The notes: generated by a model from the sequence alone, not told the origin. A stretch of DNA of 64,000 nt from Bacteroidetes bacterium 46-16 (GCA_001897835.1 MKUN01000042.1:447-64446); one strand, 5' to 3'. Counted from the stretch's first letter, positions 1 to 9,138 are shown. Made by a program: numbers and translations.

Positions 1-987
1 ATATTCCTTGCAATGGCAGTAGGTATAGGATTGGGACATTTCTTTCCGGGTATCTCAAAAATTACAGATAACCTATCCGTAGGCACTACAAATATTCCGT
101 TGGCAATAGGTCTGATACTGATGATGTACCCGCCATTGGCAAAAGTGGATTATTCATTATTGCCGCAAGCGTTTAAGGATAAAAAAGTAATTGGCATATC
201 CTTATTGCTCAATTGGGTTATCGGTACAGTATTGATGTTCGGATTAGCTGTTTTGTTTTTACGCAATGAACCCGATTATATGACAGGCTTGATACTGATA
301 GGTTTGGCAAGATGTATCGCAATGGTAATTGTATGGAGCGATTTAGCTAAGGCAAACAGAGAATATACAGCTATGTTAGTTGCATTAAACAGTATCTTTC
401 AGATAATAAGTTACAGTTTTTTAGTTTGGCTATTCATCAACGTATTACCTGCAAAATTAGGATTAGCCAATTTCAATGTAAGCGTATCAATGAAAGATGT
501 TACAGAAAGCGTATTGATATACTTAGGTATTCCTTTCTTAGCAGGTTTTCTAAGCCGTTACTTCCTTATCAAATCAAAAGGCATAGAATGGTATAACCGA
601 AAATTTGTACCCAAAATATCGCCCATTACATTATATGCTTTATTGTTTACAATCGTATTAATGTTCAGTCTGAAAGGCGATAAAATATTAGAACTACCAA
701 TGGATGTGGTAAAAGTAGCCATACCGTTAATCATCTATTTCGTGTTAATGTTTTTCGTCAGCTTCTTTATCAATAAATCCCTAAAAGTTCCTTACGACAA
801 AAACGCCTCAATCGCATTTACAGCCACAGGAAACAACTTTGAATTGGCAATAGCAGTAGCGATAGCAGTTTTTGGTATTCATTCCCCACAGGCATTTGTG
901 GGCGTAATCGGCCCACTTGTGGAAGTGCCTGTATTGATACTATTAGTACGTGCAAGTCTTTGGTTAAAGAAGAAATATTACAGTTAA
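1..987 (+). CDS. acr3: ACR3-family arsenite efflux permease (N-terminus cut by window edge)
   Basis: The reading frame is open from base 1. The product is a multi-TM protein with ACR3/BART-type sequence ([30 protein letters not shown]). It sits next to other metal-resistance genes. Confidence 0.85.
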   Translation: MFLAMAVGIGLGHFFPGISKITDNLSVGTTNIPLAIGLILMMYPPLAKVDYSLLPQAFKDKKVIGISLLLNWVIGTVLMFGLAVLFLRNEPDYMTGLILIGLARCIAMVIVWSDLAKANREYTAMLVALNSIFQIISYSFLVWLFINVLPAKLGLANFNVSVSMKDVTESVLIYLGIPFLAGFLSRYFLIKSKGIEWYNRKFVPKISPITLYALLFTIVLMFSLKGDKILELPMDVVKVAIPLIIYFVLMFFVSFFINKSLKVPYDKNASIAFTATGNNFELAIAVAIAVFGIHSPQAFVGVIGPLVEVPVLILLVRASLWLKKKYYS

Positions 988-1078
988 AAACAGGAAACAG
1001 AAGTTATGAAACGGCAATAGGATTTCAACCAATATGCTAAAAAAAACAGGGTTCAATAATTAAAATAATATCACGACT

Positions 1079-1495
1079 ATGATACGACTAATAAAGACTA
1101 TACCCGTATTTCCTGTTCGAAATATTGATAAAGCAGTTATGTTTTACAAAGCCCAATTTGGTTTTGATTGCCGACATAAGGAAACAACTTTTGCAATATT
1201 AATTAGGGATGGTATAGAATTGCATTTATGGGCTTCTTGTAATAATAACTGGAAATGGAAAAATATTTTTTTATTTCTCAAACCGATTAGTAGCGGAACA
1301 GAAAGTTTTTTGGCAGGTACACACAGTTGTAGAATTGAAGTATAAAGCATTGACGAACTGTATAAAGAGCTAAAGGAAAAAAAGGTACTACATAATGAAG
1401 AAACCGAAATAGAAGTCACCTACTACGGGACAAGAGAATTTTCAACATTAGACTTACACGGAAGTTTGCTAACCTTTTACGAAAATATAGAGTAG
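1079..1495 (+). pseudogene. VOC (glyoxalase/bleomycin-resistance) family gene interrupted by one in-frame TAA
   Basis: ORF 1079..1345 ends at TAA 1343-1345. The same frame continues open to TAG 1493-1495 (SIDELYKELKEKKVLHNEETEIEVTYYGTREFSTLDLHGSLLTFYENIE). Together the two parts give a ~138-aa VOC-like protein (IPVFPVRNIDKAVMFYK... N-terminus). Confidence 0.6.
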
Positions 1496-1538
1496 AAACA
1501 AACAGTCAGATAGAGTTGTTTTTCATTTTTTATATTTA

Positions 1539-1573
1539 AGTAATTGCTTAAATAAGCAAATTTACTATATTTG
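1539..1573 (+). promoter_or_regulatory. Imperfect inverted repeat plus TATATTTG (-7 box, TAnnTTTG type) just upstream of the ArsR-type gene
   Basis: AGTAATTGCTT at 1539-1549 and AAGCAAATTTACT at 1554-1566 are near-complementary arms. TATATTTG lies at 1566-1573, 5 nt before ATG 1578. An ArsR/SmtB operator overlapping the promoter is the usual arrangement. Confidence 0.4.
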
Positions 1574-1577
1574 CACT

Positions 1578-1943
1578 ATGGATAATACTTCGTGCATAAG
1601 ACAAAAGGCAGACATTAAACAAATTAATCGCTGTAAAGAACGAGTTTCAGAACTCCACGGTTCGTTTGACTATTTGTCTAACGGACTTGAATTGGCGGGA
1701 AACAATGTAAGGTTGAAAATTCTGTTTCTTCTTTATGAAGAAAAACGACTTTGTGTTTGTGATTTAAGCGATATTCTTGGTATGACAATTTCAGCAATTT
1801 CTCAGCACTTGCGAAAACTCAAAGACCGTAGACTAATTGAAACGGAAAGAAAAGCACAAACTATTTTTTATTCATTGACAAAAGAGTATGAAAAAATGTT
1901 GACCCCATTTTTTGAAATACTTGATGATAATAAAATTTTATAA
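1578..1943 (+). CDS. ArsR/SmtB-family metalloregulatory transcriptional repressor
   Basis: Winged-HTH signature LCVCDLSDILGMTISAISQHLRKLKDRRLI, including the CVC metal site. Located directly upstream of a mer-type transport gene. Confidence 0.8.
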   Translation: MDNTSCIRQKADIKQINRCKERVSELHGSFDYLSNGLELAGNNVRLKILFLLYEEKRLCVCDLSDILGMTISAISQHLRKLKDRRLIETERKAQTIFYSLTKEYEKMLTPFFEILDDNKIL

Positions 1944-1948
1944 ACTAT

Positions 1949-2551
1949 ATGAAAACGGACAACAAACTAATCGGCACTGGACTTTTTACAGCAATTGCTG
2001 CGTCATTATGTTGCATTACGCCTGTTTTAGCTCTAATAGCAGGGACAAGCGGGATTGCTTCAACCTTTTCTTGGCTCGAACCTTTCCGACCATATTTTAT
2101 TGGCTTGACAATTTTAGTGCTTGGTTTTGCTTGGTTTCAAAAGTTGAAACCCAAAAAGCAAATTGACTGTGAATGTGAAATAAATGAAAAACCGAATTTT
2201 ATGCAAACAAAATCATTTTTAGGAATTATTACTGTTATGGCGGCTTTACTTTTGTCATTTCCCCTTTATGCCCACATCTTTTTTCCAAAGACCGAAAGTA
2301 AAGCAATTATTACCCAAACTTCCAAAATCCAGAAAGTTGAGTTTACAATCAAAGGGATGACTTGTTCAGGTTGTGAACATCATATTAAAACAGAGATTAG
2401 CAAACTAAAAGGAATTATCGAAGTTGTCGTTTCCTATGAGAAAGGCAACGCTATTGTTAAGTTTGACAACAAGCAAACAAGTATTGCCGAAATCGAAAAA
2501 GCTATCAATTCGACAGGTTATAAATCACTAAAAAGTAAAGTTATATCATAA
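1949..2551 (+). CDS. merTP: MerT-MerP fusion type mercuric/heavy-metal transport protein (MerTP-like)
   Basis: The N-terminal TM region has a CC pair (AASLCCITPVLALIAG), as in MerT. The C-terminal HMA domain carries GMTCSGCEHHI (the MxCxxC metal-binding motif). Confidence 0.75.
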   Translation: MKTDNKLIGTGLFTAIAASLCCITPVLALIAGTSGIASTFSWLEPFRPYFIGLTILVLGFAWFQKLKPKKQIDCECEINEKPNFMQTKSFLGIITVMAALLLSFPLYAHIFFPKTESKAIITQTSKIQKVEFTIKGMTCSGCEHHIKTEISKLKGIIEVVVSYEKGNAIVKFDNKQTSIAEIEKAINSTGYKSLKSKVIS

Positions 2552-2760
2552 TGGAAATTAAATTAAAATCAATAATAACTTGCCCAAACTGTGGACACAA
2601 AAAAGAGGAAACAATGCCAACAGATGCTTGCCAGTATTTTTATGAATGTGAAAATTGCAAAACAAGATTAAAACCATTACAGGGGGATTGTTGTGTGTAT
2701 TGCAGTTATGGTACTGTAAAATGCCCGCCAATACAAGCAGGAAATAGCTGTTGTAAATAA
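2551..2760 (+). CDS. GDCCVxC-domain cysteine-rich small protein (mer-operon associated)
   Basis: 69 aa with CPNC, CENC and the literal GDCCVYCSYG motif. Its start overlaps the merTP stop (ATAATG), so the two are translationally coupled. Confidence 0.7.
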   Translation: MEIKLKSIITCPNCGHKKEETMPTDACQYFYECENCKTRLKPLQGDCCVYCSYGTVKCPPIQAGNSCCK

Positions 2761-2825
2761 GAGAAGCTTAATAATTTACTTTAGAAAGCTACTTGTCTAA
2801 ATTTGTGAGTATAACCTATTTAGCG

Positions 2826-2854
2826 AAAAACCTCCGAATTATCAGAGGTTTTTT
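2826..2854. terminator. Weak bidirectional hairpin between convergent genes
   Basis: AAAAACCTC (2826-2834) pairs with GAGGTTTTT (2845-2853), followed by a T-run. The stem is AT-rich and short. Confidence 0.4.
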
Positions 2855-3734
2855 ATTCATTATTTAAGATTTGGAGCATCCTGCCGACTTCAATATCCAT
2901 TCTTGAAAACGCAAACCATTTTTTGCCCAGGTCTTTGAGTGATGCTCCTATATGGTAGAGTTCTGCATTATCAATAATCAAAAATCGGTCGTGGGCATCG
3001 GAGAAAACCTCAATAGTTACTGGAGGATATTGGCTATTGTAGCGTTGTAAGTCTAACCGTAACTGATTGCTGATGCTTTTGGTAAGGATTGTAGCGGTTA
3101 CATTGTTTTTACGCTTACCCAGTAAAATAAGCACCGTATCATCCACGTAATTATCAAGCAGGATAATTGAGCTTACGGCACTTCGGATAATATCGGAAAC
3201 AAAGGTGTAGGCATCAAATACCTGCCCGTTGTAGAAAATGCCTTTTTCGCTGTGCAGCTTGTCGCTTTCCAAAGCCTTAAAAATCTCTTCAAATTTTTGG
3301 TCGGCTTCCAGTTGCTTTAATTCGATATTATCCAAACGATGAAACAAAGAAGCGTTGCTAATGAGCATACGCCGCATTTCTACAAAGGCTTCCATTATTT
3401 CCACACTCATTTTAACGGCTATATCTGAACGGAGTATGGCAGATGCCATTGCAACGCCTTGTTCGGTAAAAACATAGGGCAAATAACGTCTGCCGCCGTA
3501 ATTTAAACTTGAGGTTCCAATTTGGAACCTCAAGTTTTCAACTTCCTCTTCGGTCAGTTGAAAGCAGAATGATACAGGAAAACGCTCAATATTTCTTTTT
3601 ACGGCTTTGTTCAGGTTCTTTGTTTCCACCTGATATAAGGCGGCGAGGTCGCTATCCAACATTACCTGTTTGCCCCGAATGGTATAAATCAGGTTCCTGA
3701 TTTTTTTGGGTACGATTGACGGTTTATTTTCCAT
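2853..3734 (-). CDS. ORF6N-domain (KilA-N-like DNA-binding) protein
   Basis: N-terminus IRGKQVMLDSDLAALYQVETKNLNKAVKRNIERFP is typical of ORF6N proteins of Bacteroidota ICEs. The ATG at 3734 overlaps the topoisomerase stop by 11 nt. The longest ORF would start at 3767. Confidence 0.75.
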   Translation of the reverse strand: MENKPSIVPKKIRNLIYTIRGKQVMLDSDLAALYQVETKNLNKAVKRNIERFPVSFCFQLTEEEVENLRFQIGTSSLNYGGRRYLPYVFTEQGVAMASAILRSDIAVKMSVEIMEAFVEMRRMLISNASLFHRLDNIELKQLEADQKFEEIFKALESDKLHSEKGIFYNGQVFDAYTFVSDIIRSAVSSIILLDNYVDDTVLILLGKRKNNVTATILTKSISNQLRLDLQRYNSQYPPVTIEVFSDAHDRFLIIDNAELYHIGASLKDLGKKWFAFSRMDIEVGRMLQILNNE

Positions 3735-5817
3735 TGCGTTTACTGCTTTTGTTTTTCTCAAACTCAAAGGAACTTTCAGCGTTTTCTTTCAGAATGATGT
3801 AAGCATCGAATTTCTTTCCGGCTTTGCTTGTCATCCCTTTGATTAAGGAAGTTTTGCCTTTATTGACAAGGCTTGTTATGTTTTCGATACTGATTCGCAC
3901 ACCGCAGACGGTGCGGAACTGTACCCAGTTACAAGCCTCATCAGGGCATTTCACAATTTTATCACGAATGACGAGTTGCTGACTTTTACATTTCGGGCAG
4001 GTCAGTTTCGGCTGATTGGTACTTGCAATAGAAGTTTGCAACAATTCATCGGTAATGGATTTGGCATAGGTTTCCATTTCCTTTTGGAACGTTCCGGCAT
4101 CTGCTTCGTTATTCTCGATTTTCTGCAATGCCAATTCCCATTCGGCGGTCATTGCCACATCCGCAATCTTGCGTTCTTTGACCAACTCATAAACCTGCAA
4201 TCCTTTTTCGGTAGGGATTAAAGAGCGTTTATCCCGTAGGATATAATTACGGGTAAGCAGGGTTTCAATAATGGCGGCTCTTGTTGCAGGAGTACCAATA
4301 CCGATATTTTTGAGGGCTTTGCGCTCTTCTTCGTTCTCAATTTCTTTCCCTGCGGTTTCCATAGCCGACAAAAGCCCGGCTTCGGTGTAAAGCACTGGCG
4401 GTTTGATCTGCTTTTCCAAAACGGCAGCTTCCTTTATGGCAAGTTCGTCGCCTTTATGCAATTCAGGTAATTCCTGCTCTGGCTCTTCGCCATCGTCTGT
4501 AAAACTTCCTTTGATGGAACGCCAACCCGCTTCCTGAATTTTACAGCCTTTTGCCGTAAAGTCGTAATGCAATACCTGTAACGATACATCGGTTATTTCT
4601 TTGACACAGGCTTGCGATATGGCTTCGAGCAACCGAAGCGCAATCATATTGTATATCTTGTTTTCGTCTGCGTTTAGTACCGACGGCACTTTATCTGTAA
4701 TCAACAAACCGTGATGGTCCGTTACACGGAGGTCATTCACGATACGTTTGTTGAACCTTCCCCATTTAATTTTGGTAAGTGCTTGCTTGCAATCCTCACG
4801 GTTCTGCAATGCCCGCACAAGGTTTGGAATTTCTGCCCACATATCTTCAGGAATGTATTTGCTTCCGGTACGTGGGTACGTAATAAACTTCTTTTCGTAC
4901 AGGCTTTGTGCGATATTAAGCGTTGCTTCAGCAGATAATTTCAGCCTTTTATTGGCTTCCTTTTGCAAGCCAGTCAGGTCGAAAAGCAAGGGCGGTTGTT
5001 CCGTAACACTTTTGGTTTCTACCGAAGTAACGGTTGCCATTGCGCCACGCTGAATAGCTTTAAGGGTATCATCGGCAAGCTGCTTTTCGTCCCATTTGAT
5101 TGCGGAAATACTTTTGAAATCAACCTGTGCTTTGTTGTGCGATAATTGTATCTGCCAGTATTTCTTTACCGTGAAATTCTTATTATCGAGGTAGCGTTTA
5201 CATATCAAAGCCAGTGTGGGCGTTTGCACTCTTCCGAGCGAATAGATACCGTTGCCTGCGGCAATGCTCAATGCCTGTGTAGCATTGATGCCTACAAGCC
5301 AGTCGGCACGGCTTCTGCCTTGCGCTGCCTGATACAGTCCGTCAAATGCTGCCCCGTCTTTTAGGTTGTTGAAGCCTTGCTTTATTGCCTTTTCGGTAAG
5401 CGAACTTATCCAAAGGCGTTCAAAAGGTTTGTTGCATTTCAGGTATTCATAAATGTACCTGAAAATGAGTTCGCCCTCACGACCTGCATCGGTAGCAACG
5501 ATGATGCTGTTGCTTTGCTTAAAAAGCTGCTCAATGACTTTCAGTTGCTTTAATGCGCCAGTATCGGCGGTGTACCCTTTGTCTTTTTTGACCTTGCGGA
5601 CGGTCAATAAAAACGGGTTGGGCAATATCGGCAGGGATGCTTTATCAAATCCCGAAATGCCGTAATCTTCGGGCATTCCCAGTCCTATTAAATGACCGAA
5701 TGCCCACGTAACAAAATAGCCGTTACCTGTCAGGTAGCCATCCTTTTTATCGGATGCTCCCACAAGTCCGGCTATTTCCCTTGCTACGCTTGGTTTTTCT
5801 GCAATGATTGTTTTCAT
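3724..5817 (-). CDS. topB: DNA topoisomerase III (type IA), CTnDOT Exc-like
   Basis: 697 aa. TOPRIM N-terminus MKTIIAEKPSVAREIA, a type IA core (GRVQTPTLALI, TYPRTGSKY active-site Tyr region) and a C-terminal Cys4 zinc ribbon (CPKC...CPDEAC). Confidence 0.9.
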   Translation of the reverse strand: MKTIIAEKPSVAREIAGLVGASDKKDGYLTGNGYFVTWAFGHLIGLGMPEDYGISGFDKASLPILPNPFLLTVRKVKKDKGYTADTGALKQLKVIEQLFKQSNSIIVATDAGREGELIFRYIYEYLKCNKPFERLWISSLTEKAIKQGFNNLKDGAAFDGLYQAAQGRSRADWLVGINATQALSIAAGNGIYSLGRVQTPTLALICKRYLDNKNFTVKKYWQIQLSHNKAQVDFKSISAIKWDEKQLADDTLKAIQRGAMATVTSVETKSVTEQPPLLFDLTGLQKEANKRLKLSAEATLNIAQSLYEKKFITYPRTGSKYIPEDMWAEIPNLVRALQNREDCKQALTKIKWGRFNKRIVNDLRVTDHHGLLITDKVPSVLNADENKIYNMIALRLLEAISQACVKEITDVSLQVLHYDFTAKGCKIQEAGWRSIKGSFTDDGEEPEQELPELHKGDELAIKEAAVLEKQIKPPVLYTEAGLLSAMETAGKEIENEEERKALKNIGIGTPATRAAIIETLLTRNYILRDKRSLIPTEKGLQVYELVKERKIADVAMTAEWELALQKIENNEADAGTFQKEMETYAKSITDELLQTSIASTNQPKLTCPKCKSQQLVIRDKIVKCPDEACNWVQFRTVCGVRISIENITSLVNKGKTSLIKGMTSKAGKKFDAYIILKENAESSFEFEKNKSSKRNGK

Positions 5818-5823
5818 ACTGTA

Positions 5824-7284
5824 TTACATTTTTCTGCCTTTGGATTTTGCAGGCTTGTTATCCTGTTGCTCCTGCTGCTTCTCGTTTTTCGGTCTTTGCT
5901 GCCCGGACTTCAAAGGCTCTTGGACGTTCTTGGTCGCTTCGTTGGTTTTACCCTCCGAATTGACGGCAGTTTGTGTTTTATGATTTTCTGCAGGTTCTAC
6001 CCGTGCTTTGTACTGACCGGGAAACTCAAAATTGGTCTTTCCGGTATCTTTGTCGAACGTGATATAACCCTTATACGGTTGGTCTTTTTTGTCTTTCAGT
6101 TCAACGTATATGGTTTGTCCGGCTTTGAACTTGTTGTACTGCTCATCATCCAGTTCTTTGCCCCTGAAAGTTCTTGGAACTTCCTGCGGTTGGCTTTGCT
6201 GATTGCTTTGTTTGTTATTCTGTTGGTCCGTTTGCGCTTGCTGATTGGTGTTGCTTCTGTCAAACAGGAATTCAACGTATCGTTTGTCCGCATTGAATTG
6301 TACCGTTGCCGAAAACTCTGTTCCCTTAGTGGAAATCATACCCTCTAAATAGAGTGGTTTGCCCTCCATCAGCGTTTGCTTTTGTTCGTCATTCAGCTTT
6401 ACGCCCTTAATTTCATCGGGAATTTTGATAAACTCCGTGCGCAGTGCAATCACATCATTGGTCAGCCTGTCAATGCTGATAATGGACGGCATCAGTTCGC
6501 CTGTTTTAGAATTTACCAAATTGACGACACGCCCCATATTACCCGTTTCGAGCAGGTTTTTCTTGTCTTCGTCCGTAAACTTGTGACCGAAAAACTCAAA
6601 GTGGAGGTTAGGTTCTCTTTTGATACCGTGTATTGCCACGATAACATTGCCGTCTTCCGCTTGCTGTAAAGACAGGCGGGCATCCGTGCGGAGGATAGAA
6701 CCACCGAGGTTAATACCTATCGGTAAAAGCTCATTGGTTTTATAACCTCGTAACAAAGGGTCGAGCAGGTTCCTTTTTTCAAGATATTCCTTGCTTAATC
6801 CGAGGTTTTTCATTGTGTCCCAATCAATCTGCTCCGGCTTGTAGCGGTATTCGCTTGCTTCCGTTGTTGTTTGTGCTGTTGCCATATTATTTTGATTTTC
6901 TTGTTTTTTATCCGGTTGGGGTTCTGCTTTTACTTCGTGTTCTTTCAGCACTTTTTCGCCCTGTGGAGTGGGCTTATCTACGTGCTTTTGCAGTTCCTCT
7001 GCTTTTTCAGCAGCAACCGGGGCAGGCACTTTGAAGAAAGTAAAGTTTGTAGGGTTCTTTAACTGGCTGAAAAAATTGGAAAAGAAGTTGGAAAAGAAAT
7101 CGCCGCTTTTATCCACACGCATAAACTGGTTTTGGTTTTTTTTGGTGGGGTCAACGGTTTCCATTTTCCCGTTTTCGTCGATACTCTTTACCGCCTGGAT
7201 TTTCATTTTCTCTTTATCCAGTACGAGTAATATGTCCGAAAGCTGTTCGGGCATTTCCTGCTTATTGGTTGTTTCTTCACTCAT
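5824..7284 (-). CDS. DUF3945/DUF4099-type conjugative-element protein (CTnDOT Orf3 position)
   Basis: Large hydrophilic protein with Q/N/K-rich linkers, sitting between the two HTH genes and the topoisomerase as in CTnDOT-type elements. Probable ATG at 7284 (MSEETTNK); the longest ORF reaches 7332. Confidence 0.6.
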   Translation of the reverse strand: MSEETTNKQEMPEQLSDILLVLDKEKMKIQAVKSIDENGKMETVDPTKKNQNQFMRVDKSGDFFSNFFSNFFSQLKNPTNFTFFKVPAPVAAEKAEELQKHVDKPTPQGEKVLKEHEVKAEPQPDKKQENQNNMATAQTTTEASEYRYKPEQIDWDTMKNLGLSKEYLEKRNLLDPLLRGYKTNELLPIGINLGGSILRTDARLSLQQAEDGNVIVAIHGIKREPNLHFEFFGHKFTDEDKKNLLETGNMGRVVNLVNSKTGELMPSIISIDRLTNDVIALRTEFIKIPDEIKGVKLNDEQKQTLMEGKPLYLEGMISTKGTEFSATVQFNADKRYVEFLFDRSNTNQQAQTDQQNNKQSNQQSQPQEVPRTFRGKELDDEQYNKFKAGQTIYVELKDKKDQPYKGYITFDKDTGKTNFEFPGQYKARVEPAENHKTQTAVNSEGKTNEATKNVQEPLKSGQQRPKNEKQQEQQDNKPAKSKGRKM

Positions 7285-7368
7285 AATATGAAATTTTAAA
7301 AATTCACGGTCGAATGTAAAGGAAGCCTTCACTGATTTGCTTTAAGTGGCACTCAAAGGCAGCATTTG

Positions 7369-7677
7369 TCACTTATTGGCATCCAGTTTCGGCAAAGGCG
7401 GGTTAAAACTTTCCCTGATGAACTGATGTACATCGGACAACTTGTAATACAGTTTTCCGCTAATGGTATAATAAGGCAGCTTGCCTATGGAGCGATACCG
7501 TTGCAGGGAACGGTTACTGATTTTCAGCATTTGCAATAAATCCTGATTGTCCAGTAATTCTTCGCCGTCTATGCTGTTGCGCTTTTTTTGTAAATCGTCT
7601 ATGTGGTTGCCGAGAATGTCCAGCCTGTCCATTATGCGTTCCATCCACGCCACAAATTCCATTTTGTCGATATTCAT
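7369..7677 (-). CDS. Small helix-turn-helix (excisionase/MerR-like) protein, Xis2d position
   Basis: 102 aa with an HTH segment LLQMLKISNRSLQRYRSIGKLPYYTISGKLYYKLSDV. Confidence 0.6.
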   Translation of the reverse strand: MNIDKMEFVAWMERIMDRLDILGNHIDDLQKKRNSIDGEELLDNQDLLQMLKISNRSLQRYRSIGKLPYYTISGKLYYKLSDVHQFIRESFNPPLPKLDANK

Positions 7678-7689
7678 ACGTGTACGCCT

Positions 7690-8043
7690 TTAATGATTAC
7701 CTGATTTCAGTTTTCTGCCTTTCTTGATATAGCTTTTGCCTTTTGCCATAAGCTGCTCTACATATTCATCGGTGGTCTGCACAGCGTTTGCGTTGAGCAT
7801 ATCTTTGATAGCACCAATCGTATAGTAATACTGCCCGTACATTTTTGAAAAGGCTATCTGCCCGTTGGTACGCATACGCCACAATGTTTTTTCGCTGATG
7901 TGGAGATACTGGCAGACTTCGTGATTGTTAAGCCACAAACTATCGTAGCTTGTATCTTCCAGTTTGAGGATATATTCGCTAATGGCTTTCAACCGTTCGT
8001 TGAGGTGCTTCCACACTTCTTCGTCAACTGTTATAATGTTCAT
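7690..8043 (-). CDS. Small helix-turn-helix (excisionase/MerR-like) protein, Xis2c position
   Basis: 117 aa with an HTH segment VCQYLHISEKTLWRMRTNGQIAFSKMYGQYYY. It is the first gene after the rteC intergenic region. Confidence 0.6.
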   Translation of the reverse strand: MNIITVDEEVWKHLNERLKAISEYILKLEDTSYDSLWLNNHEVCQYLHISEKTLWRMRTNGQIAFSKMYGQYYYTIGAIKDMLNANAVQTTDEYVEQLMAKGKSYIKKGRKLKSGNH

Positions 8044-8207
8044 TGCACTATTGTTTAATATTCACAGTACAAAATTCAGAAGTGTGGCAGTGTTTGTCTG
8101 CCAATGCGTACCCATTGGTTTGGCACTTTTTTTCAAATTTTTTGCAATGAGAAAACCCTTTGTTTAATAAGGGTTTTAGCGTGTTTCGGTTATTTTGTAG
8201 TAGCCTT

Positions 8208-8240
8208 TTGCCCATATATGCCAATTGCATATATGGGCAA
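8208..8240. promoter_or_regulatory. Perfect 14-bp inverted repeat (candidate operator upstream of the excision operon)
   Basis: TTGCCCATATATGC (8208-8221), loop CAATT, then GCATATATGGGCAA (8227-8240). No T-run follows on the minus strand, so it is unlikely to be a simple terminator. Confidence 0.4.
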
Positions 8241-8244
8241 AGAA

Positions 8245-8271
8245 AAAGCAGTACATTTTGTGTACTGCTTT
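8245..8271 (-). terminator. Rho-independent terminator of rteC
   Basis: Perfect 11-bp stem AAAGCAGTACA/TGTACTGCTTT with a 5-nt loop. On the minus strand it is followed by TTTTTCTTT. It lies 22 nt downstream of the rteC stop. Confidence 0.65.
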
Positions 8272-8292
8272 CAAACACCCGTGCTGATGTTG

Positions 8293-9138
8293 CTAAAGGT
8301 CTTTATCCATATACTCTTCGAGGGAAATTTTGAGCTGGTCTAAAAACACCGTTCGGGAGCCTGCCCTTGTTTTCATTCGGTGGAAAGAATGATGTATATC
8401 GTTCAAGGGCGTTCGGAAGAGGATTTGGAAAATCAATGCTAATTTCCTGATGCCTATTTTCCCGTATGCAATAGATTTGGAAACATACAGGGCGTAAATC
8501 AATTCTATCAGTGCATTTTGCGAGTTCGTCCACGAAATGTCTTTGTTTCCATCACCGTTTATTGAAATGGTATCGGGATTTTTTTCAGGGTTTATTTTGG
8601 TAAGCAAGAAAGTATAAAGTAATTCATTGGCTATAATATGGGCAACTTTGTTATCGTAATAAGTAGAAAAGCTAAGGTCAATTTCAAATACACTACTTTT
8701 TAGACCATCGTGGTAATTGATTTTTCCGAGCCTGAAATAACTGTGGTCACGGTCAGTTCTGCCTGCACGATAGTACCTGTAAAAATCCTCATTGGATATG
8801 CTTTCCTTGTATTCGGATTTCAGAATTTTCAGTTGGTTTTCAAAATAACTTTGGTGTATTCTCCCTGCACTTACGGGGCAGGTAGTTTCAATGCGGAATA
8901 CCTTATTGTAATAAATAAGTTTTCCTAAAATCTGCGGTTTGATGTTCTTGAAAAAATTGATTTCCTGCTGCTCATCCTTAAATCCGGTTTGTAAGGCTTT
9001 CATCTTTATAGTAAAGAGCATTTCCTTTAGGAATAAGGTCATTTGGTAAGCCTCATCCGCAGTTTGCATCATTTGAGAAGACAGTTTATCTTCCTGATGC
9101 TGAATTTCCGATAGTATTTTGTTCAACACGATTTCCAT
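8293..9138 (-). CDS. rteC: RteC-family regulator of ICE excision
   Basis: 281 aa. Sequence (FFKNIKPQILGKLIYYNKVFRIETTCP...) and position immediately upstream of the xis-like/topoisomerase operon match RteC of CTnDOT-type elements. Confidence 0.75.
   Translation of the reverse strand: MEIVLNKILSEIQHQEDKLSSQMMQTADEAYQMTLFLKEMLFTIKMKALQTGFKDEQQEINFFKNIKPQILGKLIYYNKVFRIETTCPVSAGRIHQSYFENQLKILKSEYKESISNEDFYRYYRAGRTDRDHSYFRLGKINYHDGLKSSVFEIDLSFSTYYDNKVAHIIANELLYTFLLTKINPEKNPDTISINGDGNKDISWTNSQNALIELIYALYVSKSIAYGKIGIRKLALIFQILFRTPLNDIHHSFHRMKTRAGSRTVFLDQLKISLEEYMDKDL

Noticed and set aside
1343-1345. In-frame stop in the VOC gene as programmed recoding (selenocysteine or read-through)
   Set aside because: The codon is TAA, not TGA, and no SECIS-like hairpin follows. 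A simple nonsense mutation or a sequencing error is the economical explanation.
5692-7291. Plus-strand ORFs antisense to the topoisomerase and DUF3945 genes (5692..6348 at 218 aa, 6968..7291 and others)
   Set aside because: They are highly hydrophobic L/F-rich translations produced by reading K/E/Q-rich genes backwards, and they have no independent start context.
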